Origin: Patescibacteria group bacterium
GTDB lineage: Bacteria; Patescibacteriota; Microgenomatia; 0-14-0-10-38-17
Assembly: GCA_050953885.1 (NCBI GenBank)
Contig: JBMNNJ010000001.1
Coordinates: 527,437-591,436 of the forward strand
Direction: 5' to 3'
Length of the DNA stretch: 64,000 bases
Below are positions 46,908 through 56,950 of the stretch, piece by piece (position 1 is the stretch's first letter; each line of letters starts with the position of its first letter). A program made the translations under genes and the position numbers. Below the pieces are notes generated by a model. The model made no database searches. It saw only the letters and a list, made by a program, of their open reading frames with translations, and was not told the origin of the DNA.

Positions 46908-47336
46908 ATGAAAAGCCCGGTTTGTCAAAGAGATGGTTTCGGTTGCGGCATTGCCTGCCTTGCTTTTATAACCGGCAGGTCCTACGAGAAGATCGCGGAA
47001 GGATTAGATAAAGAAAAAGCCAAAACAGAAGGTTTTTCTTGTCGGGAATTAATTGCTTATTTGAAAAGTTTAGGATACCGGGCGGAGTACCATTATCTTA
47101 ACCAAAAGTGGCGAAAAAAGATTTATCGGGAGAAAGCGATTGTTTTTCTAAAACGAAGCAAAAAATTTCCTTCCGGTCATTATCTTGCTCGCTATCATAC
47201 TTTTTGGATGGATCCTTGGCTTAATTTCTCAAAAGAAAAAAGCTTGGTATTGGCCAAAGCAGGTTTTAGAAAAAGACTGCCGGGAAAGCCAATTTACGGC
47301 ATTTTTGTGACCGGACCGCAGAAAGTGAAAACATAA
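46908..47336 (+). CDS. Stand-alone C39-like cysteine peptidase
   Basis: QRDGFGCGIACLA (Q..C), GHY, MDP. Confidence 0.75.
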   Translation: MKSPVCQRDGFGCGIACLAFITGRSYEKIAEGLDKEKAKTEGFSCRELIAYLKSLGYRAEYHYLNQKWRKKIYREKAIVFLKRSKKFPSGHYLARYHTFWMDPWLNFSKEKSLVLAKAGFRKRLPGKPIYGIFVTGPQKVKT

Positions 47337-47403
47337 TATTCCCAAGAAGACCTATTATTTTGGATCGTTCTGGAGGTTAAGATACGACGTGACGGGGACA
47401 AAA

Positions 47404-47508
47404 TTTATCATGCTGACTTGCCAGCTGGCGGGTCGGCCTCTTTGTATAATGTTTAGATCTTGAATCAGGCTCAGAGTCTGCCCTGAATCTAACTCAGGGA
47501 TGACATTT
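47404..47508. repeat. REPIN-like ~100 bp element, second copy at 53613-53708
   Basis: Shared CTTTGTATAATGTTT core and CTGCCCTGAATCTAA(C/T)TCAGGGAT. Confidence 0.8.
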
Positions 47509-47762
47509 ATGCCCTAACCGCATAATATTTATACGAAAAATGTCGGCTAAAAATCAAACGAAAAGGAATTGGTGGAGATAAAAACTTCTTGAAGCGGACT
47601 TTATGGCGGGAGTTGTTTTTTAATTTTAAAAGAAATACGCTATTTTTAGCAATGGATAATAATCAGGCTAATTAAGCCGGCCAAATAAATCAGGCGCCGA
47701 GGGAAAATCAGTTTTCAAAGATTCTGGACGGGGCGGGAAGATATCTTTTCGGCCTTTTTCTT

Positions 47763-47978
47763 TTGGCGCTGCCGATGCTGATTATTATTTTGGTGAAGGG
47801 AAAACCTCTTCAATTTTTGTTTTTGGCTGCCTTAACGCCGCCGCTTAACCTTATTGTCGTGCCGCCGATTATTATTGGTTTGTATTTTATGCTTTCCGGC
47901 AAACTAAGGGCACGCTTGGATATCACTCTGCTGATTCTTTACGCCCTTCTTCTTTTTGGACTTGTAAAGCTGGAATAA
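47763..47978 (+). pseudogene. Probable membrane transporter C-terminal fragment
   Basis: Hydrophobic frame with no good start and a disrupted upstream region. Confidence 0.3.
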
Positions 47979-47997
47979 AGTGTTTATGCTTCTTGGT

Positions 47998-49365
47998 TTA
48001 GGGTTGATAGAGATCTAAAATCTTCTTGCCGATTTCGGCGTTGAAGCCGGAGAAAGCTTTTTGACCAACAAAAATAATCGGGTAATAACCAAAAGAAGAA
48101 GAAACGCCTTCGCTTTTATTACCAACGGCCTGTTTTTTCTCCTCCAGTTTTTGGGTAAAATCGGCTTCTTCTATAAGATACTCCTCAAAGGGAATATTTT
48201 GGTCCTTGAAAAATTCTTTGGCCTCAAGACACATCGGGCCGCTATTGTTGTGAAACATTAAAACTTCTGCCGCCCCTTCAGCCTCTTCTTTTTCTGGCGC
48301 GGGCGTTTCTTTTGATTCCTCGTTCGTTTTTGGCCAATATTTTCCTACCTCATCGACGGCGCAAGGATTAGCGATATTTTCCTCCTCGTCATAAGAAACA
48401 AGCGGCCTGATTTTTTCCGGTGTATAAGGGGCGGTGCGGTTTTGGGGGATTTGCCAGCCGGGTAAAACTACCACCTCATTCTGGGCCAGCTCATCAATGG
48501 TTACCCACTCCACTTCTTCATTGTCAAAAAAATTCAGCCACATTTGATACCACGGCTTTTTAAGGCCGCCAATATAGGTATGGGAAACCGGAGTAATCTG
48601 GCTCTGCCGAAGGGCCGCCTTAAGCTCCGCCAGCATATCATCCGGCGTTCCTCCCCGCTCGTAGTAACTATAATCGCAAAGACTGCCGTATTTAAATTTA
48701 ATGGAAGGAATGTTAGAGACAGAAACCACTTTGACATCAGGATACTCCTCGGCCTGATAAACCGTGGCTTTGGTGTCGGTGGTGCCCCGGGCAAAAAGAT
48801 AAGGGATACCCAACTCTTGCGCCACTTCGATTGTGGTTAAATCAGTGCCCATATAACGAGCCGAGATAATCCTTAGAGGCTGGCCGGTGCAGGCCTCAAT
48901 GCGTTCTTTCAAGTTAACAATCGCTTTTTTTTGCTCTTCATAGGGTTTATCCCAAAAAGGGGCTTCCAAGCTTGAACCGGCAATTTCTAAATTATAGGGG
49001 AGTAACTTTTTAACATCTTCGCAATTTTTTTCAATAAAATCCGCCCCCACCATTAGATAACCATGAATCCCCCGCCGGTAAAGCTCGTTAACAAAATTAG
49101 CCAAACCAACCGTGTCTTTCATCTCAATTAAAATCATCAGCCCTTTCGGAGGAGGATAAAGCCGCGTCGATGGTGTTGCCTGATAAGTTTTTGCTTCATA
49201 AAGCTCATCTTGACAAAGCGCTAAATCTTTTTTTAAAGAAGCCAAGGCGGAGGAAGAAAAAAGACCGGTGATTAAAAAGATCAGCAAAAGGCAAAGAAGG
49301 ATAATTTCTTTTTGTTCTTTTTCCATTTCTGCTTTCAGTTTAACATTTATTTTTCCCTTTGCCAA
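47998..49365 (-). CDS. Membrane-anchored polysaccharide-deacetylase-like protein with C-terminal glutaredoxin-like domain
   Basis: LEIAG...YEEQKKAI...IEACTG NodB-like pattern; C-terminal GPMCLEAKEFF...YPIIFVGQKAFSGFN. Confidence 0.6.
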   Translation of the reverse strand: MAKGKINVKLKAEMEKEQKEIILLCLLLIFLITGLFSSSALASLKKDLALCQDELYEAKTYQATPSTRLYPPPKGLMILIEMKDTVGLANFVNELYRRGIHGYLMVGADFIEKNCEDVKKLLPYNLEIAGSSLEAPFWDKPYEEQKKAIVNLKERIEACTGQPLRIISARYMGTDLTTIEVAQELGIPYLFARGTTDTKATVYQAEEYPDVKVVSVSNIPSIKFKYGSLCDYSYYERGGTPDDMLAELKAALRQSQITPVSHTYIGGLKKPWYQMWLNFFDNEEVEWVTIDELAQNEVVVLPGWQIPQNRTAPYTPEKIRPLVSYDEEENIANPCAVDEVGKYWPKTNEESKETPAPEKEEAEGAAEVLMFHNNSGPMCLEAKEFFKDQNIPFEEYLIEEADFTQKLEEKKQAVGNKSEGVSSSFGYYPIIFVGQKAFSGFNAEIGKKILDLYQP

Positions 49366-49458
49366 ATTACGCCGGCGCCGGCAATAGGGGGGCTCACCGT
49401 CCGTGGCAATTTAACAATTTATTCGTCATTTTCCATTCCAGTAAGCTATAATATAGAT

Positions 49459-49716
49459 ATGAAAAAATTAGCGCCTCTTTTTAAAGAAAAGCCCTATCTT
49501 GCCTGGGATGTAAAAGATAAGGGGGGTTTATCGGAAAAAAGTATTTTAGAACATATTTTAAATTACGGCAATTGGGACGACTATTTGGCGGCCGAAAAAA
49601 CTTTTGGTTTAAAAAAAACCAAAGCTTTCTATGAGGAGCTTAAAAACAAAAAAAGAGTTAACTTAAGGCCGCAGACCATCAATTATTTTGATTTATACTT
49701 TAAAAAATATGCATGA
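49459..49716 (+). CDS. DUF6922-like putative antitoxin
   Basis: LAWDV...ILEHILNYGNWDD; overlaps the downstream nucleotidyltransferase; start moved from 49312. Confidence 0.7.
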   Translation: MKKLAPLFKEKPYLAWDVKDKGGLSEKSILEHILNYGNWDDYLAAEKTFGLKKTKAFYEELKNKKRVNLRPQTINYFDLYFKKYA

Positions 49717-50320
49717 GGAAGTGCTTTCAGAAAAGCAAAAAAAACTTTTACCGCTTTTAAAAAGCTTCTCGGACAACTTTGGCTTGGTGGGCGGCACCGC
49801 CGTTGCCCTACAAATAGGCCACCGCCGCTCAATCGATTTTGACCTTTTTACTCTTAAAAAACTGGCGGGCGAAAATATTCGCGAGATTGTTAGGGAAAAA
49901 TACCCGATTCAGGAAATTATTACTGATGAGCCTAATGAACTTTCCCTGGCCGTTGAGGATGTAAAAATTACTTTTCTCAAGTATCCTTTTAAGATCAAAT
50001 TTTCCAAACCGTTTAAAGATATTATTAGCTGTCCTGACCTTCTCACTCTGGGGGCCATGAAAGCTTTTAGCTTAGGCCGGCGGGCGAAGTGGAAAGACTA
50101 TGTTGACCTTTATTTTATCTTTAAAAGCATCTCATTTGCCCAAATTGCCAAAAAAGCCCAAGTCCTGTTTGGAGGGGAATTTAACGAAAAGCTTTTTCGC
50201 GAGCAATTGGCTTATTTTGAAGACATTGATTATTCGGAAACAATTGACTATATGAGGGGGTTTGAAACAGAGGAGAAAGCCATAAAAGAAGAGTTAAAAA
50301 GGGTAAGTCTTCAGCGATAA
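49709..50320 (+). CDS. AbiEii/AbiGii-type nucleotidyltransferase toxin
   Basis: LVGGTAVALQIGHRRSIDFDLF, MKA...R..WKDYVDLY. Confidence 0.9.
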   Translation: MHEEVLSEKQKKLLPLLKSFSDNFGLVGGTAVALQIGHRRSIDFDLFTLKKLAGENIREIVREKYPIQEIITDEPNELSLAVEDVKITFLKYPFKIKFSKPFKDIISCPDLLTLGAMKAFSLGRRAKWKDYVDLYFIFKSISFAQIAKKAQVLFGGEFNEKLFREQLAYFEDIDYSETIDYMRGFETEEKAIKEELKRVSLQR

Positions 50321-50414
50321 GAGAACCACCTTGTTAACAAATTACACCTCTGGTAATAAAAACTGGTTCTTCCCGCTTATACCAACATCGCCACGAATAT
50401 TCTCACTCTCCCGC

Positions 50415-50440
50415 ACTAAATTGCTATATAGCAATTTAGT
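50415..50440. repeat. 26 bp perfect palindrome
   Basis: ACTAAATTGCTATATAGCAATTTAGT. Confidence 0.8.
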
Positions 50441-50509
50441 CTTTGAATAAGTTAAAACACACCCGTAAATAATATTGCTATCGCAAAAGTACTTAACTTA
50501 TACAAGGGC

Positions 50510-50561
50510 TTGACAAACCGCCTCCTTGTTGTTATTATGAATAAGTATTCACTATATTATT
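50510..50561 (+). promoter_or_regulatory. Promoter with overlapping palindromic operator
   Basis: TTGACA-17 nt-TATTAT followed by TGAATAAGTATTCA. Confidence 0.7.
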
Positions 50562-50586
50562 TAATAACAAAAGGAGGTGAGGAAAG

Positions 50587-50832
50587 ATGCCAGGATTTGA
50601 CGGCACCGGCCCAACAGGAACAGGTCCACTTACCGGCCGGGGTTTCGGCCCTTGCGGTTTGGGTTTGGGCTGGAGGAAAAGATTTGGCGCGGGGCGAGGC
50701 TTGGGAAGATATTTCCGCTGGAGTTGGCCCACTACCCGCGAGGACCAGGAAAAAGCTCTTGCCGATTACAAGAAAGCGCTTGAAGAAGAAATGGAAGATG
50801 TGGAAAAGGAACTTGCTGACTTGCAAAAGTAA
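50587..50832 (+). CDS. DUF5320 family protein
   Basis: MPGFDGTGP.G.GPLTGRGFGPC, GR-rich middle, acidic coiled-coil tail; strong SD. Confidence 0.9.
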   Translation: MPGFDGTGPTGTGPLTGRGFGPCGLGLGWRKRFGAGRGLGRYFRWSWPTTREDQEKALADYKKALEEEMEDVEKELADLQK

Positions 50833-50920
50833 GCGCTGAGAATAAAGTCCCTACCTTGTCTGGTTTTTTTATCCTAAATAGCCCAAGGTAGGGACTTACC
50901 GTATTATAATATAGTTAATT

Positions 50921-51199
50921 ATGCCCAGAAGAAAAATTCCCCGCCGTGTTCGGTTTAAACCAAATGTTTATTATTTTAAACCCCAAGGGATTCCCCTGCG
51001 GTTTCTTGAAGAGATCGTCTTATTCCCCGATGAGCTTGAGGCTTTAAAACTCTACGAAGTTGACGGCTTGGCGCAAACCGCCGCGGCTAAAAAAATGAAA
51101 ATATCTCAGCCGACCTTTGCCAGAATATTAGAAAGCGCCAATAAAAAAATTGCCCAGGCGATCATTGCGGGAAAAGCAATTAGAATCGAAGAAAAATGA
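50921..51199 (+). CDS. DUF134 family DNA-binding protein
   Basis: MPRRK..R, YFKPQGIP, DELEALKL, ISQPTFARIL. Confidence 0.92.
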   Translation: MPRRKIPRRVRFKPNVYYFKPQGIPLRFLEEIVLFPDELEALKLYEVDGLAQTAAAKKMKISQPTFARILESANKKIAQAIIAGKAIRIEEK

Positions 51200-52317
51200 A
51201 AAAGAAATTACTTGCTTTTCTTTTCCTATTGCCGGCCTTTTTTTCTCTTAGCGGCGCTCTTGTTTTTGCCCAAGGTGAAGGGGTTAGTCAACCGCCCCAA
51301 GAAGAAACCCTTGAAGCGGTGGTAGAAAAAATAGCGGAAGAAAAACAGATTAAGCCTTTAGGGGCAGAAAACTTTCAGCTTTATCAAAAACTGGAACTTT
51401 TGGTCACGAAAGGCTCTTTAAAAGATAAGAAAATTATTGTTGAAAACGGCAATTTGCCGGCGGCCAATAGCTTAAGGTATAAGGTTGGCGACAAGGTAAT
51501 GGTTAGTTTTAACAAGGATTTTGAGGGCAACGACAGTTTTTATATCACGGATTATATCAGGCGGGAATCATTGGCTTGGCTTTTCTTAATCTTTGCCGTC
51601 TTGGCGATCGTTGTTGCCAGAGGACGCGGGGTGGCCTCAATTATTGGTATGGGGGTTTCCTTTTTGATTATTTTTGTCTTTATTCTTCCCAAAATTGCTA
51701 CGGGCAAAAATCCAGTTTTGATCGTTATTTTAGGCTCGTTGGTGATTATCCCCATCACTTTTTTCCTTTCCCATGGTTTTAATAAAAAAACCTTAGTCGC
51801 CATGGGTGGAACGCTGATTGCCCTAATTATTACCGGAATTTTGGCTAATATTTTTGTGGAAGCCGCCAAACTCACCGGTTTTGCCTCTGAAGAAGCAGGG
51901 TTTTTACAAGTGGCCAAAGGGGGAGTAATTAACATGAAAGGTCTTCTTTTGGCCGGAATTATCATCGGCCTTTTGGGGGTTCTGGACGACGTGACCGTTT
52001 CTCAGGCGGCGATTGTTTTTCAACTTAAAGAAGCCAATAACAGACTGAAATTTAACCAGCTTTACCAGCGGGCGATGAGGGTGGGGCAGGATCATATTGC
52101 CTCAATGATTAACACCCTTATTTTAGTTTACGCCGGCGCTTCCTTGCCGCTCCTGCTTCTTTTTATTGACAGCCCTCGCCCTTTTTTAGAAGTAGTTAAT
52201 TATGAAATTATTGCCGACGAGGTGGTCCGCACCTTGGTGGGCAGTATTGGCCTTATCTTAGCCGTCCCTCTTACCACCCTCATTGCTTCTTTAGCGGTAA
52301 GCGCGGAAAAAAAATAA
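51196..52317 (+). CDS. YibE/F family membrane protein
   Basis: GVLDDVTVSQA, DHIASMINTLILVYAGASLP, VRTLVGSIGL. Confidence 0.92.
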   Translation: MKKKLLAFLFLLPAFFSLSGALVFAQGEGVSQPPQEETLEAVVEKIAEEKQIKPLGAENFQLYQKLELLVTKGSLKDKKIIVENGNLPAANSLRYKVGDKVMVSFNKDFEGNDSFYITDYIRRESLAWLFLIFAVLAIVVARGRGVASIIGMGVSFLIIFVFILPKIATGKNPVLIVILGSLVIIPITFFLSHGFNKKTLVAMGGTLIALIITGILANIFVEAAKLTGFASEEAGFLQVAKGGVINMKGLLLAGIIIGLLGVLDDVTVSQAAIVFQLKEANNRLKFNQLYQRAMRVGQDHIASMINTLILVYAGASLPLLLLFIDSPRPFLEVVNYEIIADEVVRTLVGSIGLILAVPLTTLIASLAVSAEKK

Positions 52318-52510
52318 GAAGTTCTTAAGTTTTTCTTCTCTGGCAATGAGCTCTCCTGCCACGCCCGCCGGTATTTCTTCCTTAAGCTAATACTGATTAC
52401 TAATCCCTACATTTTAGGTAAGCAAAACTTCAGGGGCAAAATTTTAACCAAAATTAAAATTGGAAATTTTGCGTTTTAAAAGCTTTAGGTTTAAAATAGG
52501 CTTTTTGAAC

Positions 52511-53113
52511 ATGAACGAAAGACGAATTGGCCACCAAGAACGACCGATTACTAACGAAATCCTCTGGAAAGAAAGGGCTTTTTTTGCTCGTCGCGTTTTA
52601 GGGCAAGGAGGCACTTTTGTTGGCGTTGGCCGACCGGAAAAAGTTTATCAGCAGGGAAAAATTTTAATGGCAACTCAAATTTTTGGCTGTGACTTAGACG
52701 AAAAAATTTTAACCGAATACCGAAAGTTTGCCCGTCTTAAAAGCAACTTTAGTTTTTTGGAAGGCGACATTTTAGCCGAAAAACAAAAAGAAGCGATTAG
52801 GCAATTAAGAGAAAGCCATGCTCCTTTAGTGGTTGATTTTGCAAATCTTTTTAACTGGGAGCAAAAATCGCCGAAAAAATTGTTAGATTTTTGTTGTCAA
52901 GTTAAGCCAGAAATGATCTTTTTAAGCGATTTTCCCAACGGTCCTCTCTTTGCCGCCGTAGAAAAATCTTTACCAGCAAATAGCTCTTTTCGGGGCTTGC
53001 TCGAAGAAGATTTTGACCCCCGTTCTTGCCCAAAAGCCGCTTTTTCTCTGCGCGCCATAGCCTTACCTTTAGAAAATAACTTTATAGAAAAAGTGGCCGC
53101 CTTGGTGGATTAA
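52511..53113 (+). CDS. Hypothetical protein, possibly methyltransferase-like fold
   Basis: FVGVG, IFGCDLDE and FLEGDI spacing resembles a SAM-binding fold. Confidence 0.45.
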   Translation: MNERRIGHQERPITNEILWKERAFFARRVLGQGGTFVGVGRPEKVYQQGKILMATQIFGCDLDEKILTEYRKFARLKSNFSFLEGDILAEKQKEAIRQLRESHAPLVVDFANLFNWEQKSPKKLLDFCCQVKPEMIFLSDFPNGPLFAAVEKSLPANSSFRGLLEEDFDPRSCPKAAFSLRAIALPLENNFIEKVAALVD

Positions 53114-53729
53114 GAAAAAACAGCTTAGGGGTGGTTTGTTGTTAGCTTCGAAGATAAAAATTATCAGGGGAATAACTGTTATTTCAGGAAGGTAAAATTT
53201 CAAAAAGGACAAAAGCGCTCCCACAGCATACTTGTTTTTCAAAGCCTCCTCGTCAACTTCCACCAAATTTTCTGCCAGCAAGCCTTTGAAAATTAATTCG
53301 TCGGAGAATGTTTGTCCAAAAAGTGTCTCCCAACTGAAAAGACTGGTAAGCACCTTGAAGTTTCCTTTTTCCAAAGGAGAAAAAATCCAAATTAGCGGGG
53401 AAAATGAAGTTTCCCGCGGCCGCGTTTTTCCGTCTTGGGCTTATCCGGTCGGAGGCGGGCTGATAGTGGCGGGCTTGGCTTTTATTTTGATAAAATATCG
53501 AAAAAGCAAAGTGGTGAAAGCGCTTGGGAAGGCGGCAAGAGGTGAATTGCTATTTCCCCCTCTGGCAAAAAAGGCTAAAGTATTTAAAAATAATTAAACG
53601 AAACTTACATAGTTTGTTATGTTGAATTCAACTCAGCATCTTTGTATAATGTTTCAGATTCTGAACGAAGTTCAGGGCCTGCCCTGAATCTAATTCAGGG
53701 ATAAAATTTATGTTCCAATAATAAAAACG

Positions 53730-54059
53730 ATGGACTTTAGAGACTATCAAAAGCTTTCCCGCAAAACGGCCATTTATCCCCAAAAAGGGAAAAACTTTAT
53801 CTACCCTACTCTAGGCCTGGCTGGTGAAGCCGGCGAGGTGGCGGAGAAAATTAAAAAAGTTTTAAGGGATAATCAGGGGATTATTGACCAACCCAAAAAA
53901 GAGGAAATTGCCAAGGAGTTAGGGGATGTGCTTTGGTATCTGGCGCAAATTGCCACCGAGTTGGGCCTTTCGCTGGAGGAAGTGGCGAAGGGCAATCTTA
54001 AGAAACTAAGTTCAAGGCAAAAAAGAAAGCGGCTTTCTGGAAGCGGAGATAATCGTTAG
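53730..54059 (+). CDS. MazG-like nucleotide pyrophosphohydrolase
   Basis: LGLAGEAGEVAEKIKK...KELGDVLWY...NLKKLSSR. Confidence 0.93.
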   Translation: MDFRDYQKLSRKTAIYPQKGKNFIYPTLGLAGEAGEVAEKIKKVLRDNQGIIDQPKKEEIAKELGDVLWYLAQIATELGLSLEEVAKGNLKKLSSRQKRKRLSGSGDNR

Positions 54060-54350
54060 GCTCTTGACAAATACTATTTGACGGGGCCACCAGGACAACA
54101 GAGCGCCGCCTCTTTTTTATCGGTAAACCAGCCTACCCTAGTTCTTTGACGCGGAGTAAACCGCTGCCCACCAGCATCACCTCGCCTTCGGCGCAGGAAG
54201 CCAGTGTCGGCAATTACATCCAAAACATTAAGGGTAATTATGCTGATTAATTTAAAAAGATGGCCTTAAATTGGCGGTTGATTTCCGATGGGTGTTTGGG
54301 ATAGAATAAAAAGCAATTAGTTAGAAGTTAAAGGAGGTGAAATAATAAAA

Positions 54351-54608
54351 ATGAGTTATAACTTAACAAGCGATGCGGAAAAGCAAACGGAGGAGGCCAA
54401 AAACTTGGCGCGCGCCAGGCAGTCTTTAATTGAAGAGCTTGACGCCATTAATGTTTATGAAGAGCGTTTTCAGGCCAGCAATGACGAAGAATTAAAGAGA
54501 ATTCTGGCGCATAATCGTGATGAGGAAAAAGAGCACGCGGCGATGCTGGTTGAATATCTAAAAGAAAAAGACGCGACTTTCAAGAGGATGTTTGAAGAGC
54601 ATGACTAA
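54351..54608 (+). CDS. Short ferritin-like protein (encapsulated-ferritin type)
   Basis: SLIEELDAINVYEER and ILAHNRDEEKEH; strong SD. Confidence 0.88.
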   Translation: MSYNLTSDAEKQTEEAKNLARARQSLIEELDAINVYEERFQASNDEELKRILAHNRDEEKEHAAMLVEYLKEKDATFKRMFEEHD

Positions 54609-54697
54609 AACTTAAAAAGAGATTTGTTTCTCTTAAAGCTTGCTTAAAAAGGGGGAACGTTTTTAAAAAACAATTAGAGTTTTATTAAAGGTTAGTT

Positions 54698-55966
54698 ATG
54701 AGTTTGGAGAGAGAAAGAAGAGAACAAGAGCAATCGCCTTCGCCAATAGTTTTTTTTCTTCACGCCTATCAGCCGCCGCGCGAGCTTTATTTTGTCAACA
54801 ATGGCCACGGGGAAACGCTTCAAATTTATCCCGAGATTAACGAACAAATTTACCGAGAGGTTTATCGGCCAATTTTAGTTGATTCGGAAGAAAGATTTCC
54901 CCAAGGGATGGTTTTTTCCTTCTACTCTACCCTGCGGGAATGGATGAAAAGCACTCACCCTGATGATTTTGAGAAAATGGTTGATCTTGTTGGCAGGCAA
55001 AAAGACCGGGAATATCAAGTTTTAGGAGACCCTTTTATTCACGCGATTTTACCCCTTTTACCCGAAGACGATCAAAGGCTTCTTTTAGATTTGGGGCAGA
55101 AAGCTTTTAGGGAGGATTTTGGTTTTACCCCTAAAGGCTTGTGGCTTCCGGAAACAGCGATTAGTTCGGCCACTTTAGACAAGGCTAAGGAAGTTGGCTA
55201 TGAATTTGTTGCTTTGCGAGACGATCAAATAGTCTTCCCGCCGGGGGTAAAAAAAGAACAGCCGGTATTTGTTTCTTTGCCATCAGGAGAAAAGATGGGG
55301 GTTTTTTGGTTTGAGACTTCGGAAAGCGGCAAAGTTGCCTTTGATGATGGGGAAACAATTAGCGCCGATAATTTTCTGGAAAGATGCCAAAATAGCCAAG
55401 AGCAACTGGCGGTGGGGGTGGATATGGAAACCTTTGGCCATCATAAGCCCGGTCGGGAAAAATTTTTACTGGAAGCTCTTTCTCCGGCGGTTTTAACTTC
55501 CCACCGTATTGCCCCCTTAAACTTAAGAGAAGCCTTGGCAAAGCCAAGCGGAGAAAAAACATTTGTTGGGTTGGTGGAGGATTCCAGTTGGAGTTGTCCG
55601 CACCTGCTGGGTCGGTGGCGGGGAACTTGTTCTTGCGATTCTCCTTCGGAAGCGGTTCTGGCCGAGAAAAGAAAACTTTATGAAGAATTAGCCGCTTTTA
55701 ATAGCGAGTTTCAAATTAGTAGGGGTCAGGAAAGCGATTTTATAAAAAGAGTCTTGCGGGCAAGAGAGGATCTTTTTGCCGGCAGGAATTTTGAGGCTAA
55801 ATTTTGTTTCGGATTAACAGATGAAGAAAAGAAACAATATTTAGGTAAGCTCTACTCTCTTTTGGGTTTTACCAGTTGCGGTTGGTTTTGGGGAGGGGAT
55901 AATCGTCGGGAAAGAATGATTACCCAAAAAGCACTGGAAACATTAGAAACAATAGCGAGCGAATAA
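54698..55966 (+). CDS. GH57 family glycoside hydrolase
   Basis: HAYQPPRE, HAILPL, GLWLPETA, DMETFGHH, SSWSC.H..RW, FTSCGWF. Confidence 0.88.
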   Translation: MSLERERREQEQSPSPIVFFLHAYQPPRELYFVNNGHGETLQIYPEINEQIYREVYRPILVDSEERFPQGMVFSFYSTLREWMKSTHPDDFEKMVDLVGRQKDREYQVLGDPFIHAILPLLPEDDQRLLLDLGQKAFREDFGFTPKGLWLPETAISSATLDKAKEVGYEFVALRDDQIVFPPGVKKEQPVFVSLPSGEKMGVFWFETSESGKVAFDDGETISADNFLERCQNSQEQLAVGVDMETFGHHKPGREKFLLEALSPAVLTSHRIAPLNLREALAKPSGEKTFVGLVEDSSWSCPHLLGRWRGTCSCDSPSEAVLAEKRKLYEELAAFNSEFQISRGQESDFIKRVLRAREDLFAGRNFEAKFCFGLTDEEKKQYLGKLYSLLGFTSCGWFWGGDNRRERMITQKALETLETIASE

Positions 55967-56021
55967 TTAGATAGTAAGGTAGGACTTGCTTTTAGGTTGT
56001 AAATTGTGTACTCTTAACTAG

Positions 56022-56831
56022 ATGTTAAACCAAGAAACGAATTCTTCCATGGCAGGATTTTGGGGAAAAAAGTCAACGCTGGTGAATGTTTTTCTGGCCG
56101 TTTTGATTATTTTTGCGGTGGCCTTAACCGTTTCCACCGTCGTGGGGATACAAAATAAAATTAAGGAAGGAAGATATATTGGTCAGGAGATTGAAACCAA
56201 AAATACGCTGGTGGTTTCCGGTCGTGGCGAGGTTTACGGTAAGCCTGATTTGGCCTTAATTTCTTTTGCGGTTTCCTCCGAGGCAAAAACAGTGGCCGAG
56301 GCCATGGCCCAAAACAGCCAAAAGATGAACGCGGTGATTGCTTTTGTTAAGAGCCAAGGCATAGAAGATAAGGATTTAAAAACCACCACCTTTAGCCTTC
56401 GTCCTCGCTATGAATGGCGCGAGGATCTTTCTCCCCAGCGGCAGTTGATAGGTTATGAAGCGCGCCAGGAATTGGAGGTAAAAGTGCGGGCAATGGATAA
56501 AATCGGCAGCCTTATTGAAGGAGCCACCGCCGCTGGTGCCAATCAGATAGGCGATCTGCAGTTTACGATTGATAATCGGGAAGAGCTGGAGAGGGAGGCG
56601 CGAGAAGAAGCGGTGAAAAATGCCAAGGATAGGGCCAAAGAGCTGGCTTCTCTTTTAGGAGTGAACTTGGTGCGAATTACTAATTTCAGTGAAAAGAGCC
56701 AGGCGCCAACCTATTCTTTGCAAACTTTTGGTGCTTTGGAAGCAACAACTGACGAGAAAGAAGCGCCGCAAATAGAGACAGGGGAAAATAAAATTGAAAT
56801 TACGGTAAGCATTACTTATGAAATTAATTAG
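56022..56831 (+). CDS. SIMPL domain protein
   Basis: VSGRGEVYGKPDLA, AGANQI, AVKNAKDRAKELA. Confidence 0.92.
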   Translation: MLNQETNSSMAGFWGKKSTLVNVFLAVLIIFAVALTVSTVVGIQNKIKEGRYIGQEIETKNTLVVSGRGEVYGKPDLALISFAVSSEAKTVAEAMAQNSQKMNAVIAFVKSQGIEDKDLKTTTFSLRPRYEWREDLSPQRQLIGYEARQELEVKVRAMDKIGSLIEGATAAGANQIGDLQFTIDNREELEREAREEAVKNAKDRAKELASLLGVNLVRITNFSEKSQAPTYSLQTFGALEATTDEKEAPQIETGENKIEITVSITYEIN

Positions 56832-56950
56832 TCGAAACGGATTTTTAAAAAAAGAAAGAAACCTCACATTCTCTTCTCTAACTCCCCAGAGGCCTTGGCG
56901 TAATTATTTGACAAAAGCACTAAAATAATCTTAGATAAAGTTTATCTTTT

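Noticed and set aside
53069-53597. Overlapping opposite-strand ORFs 53069-53374 and 53232-53597
   Set aside because: They have no good starts and look like a mosaic of gene fragments; no product can be supported.
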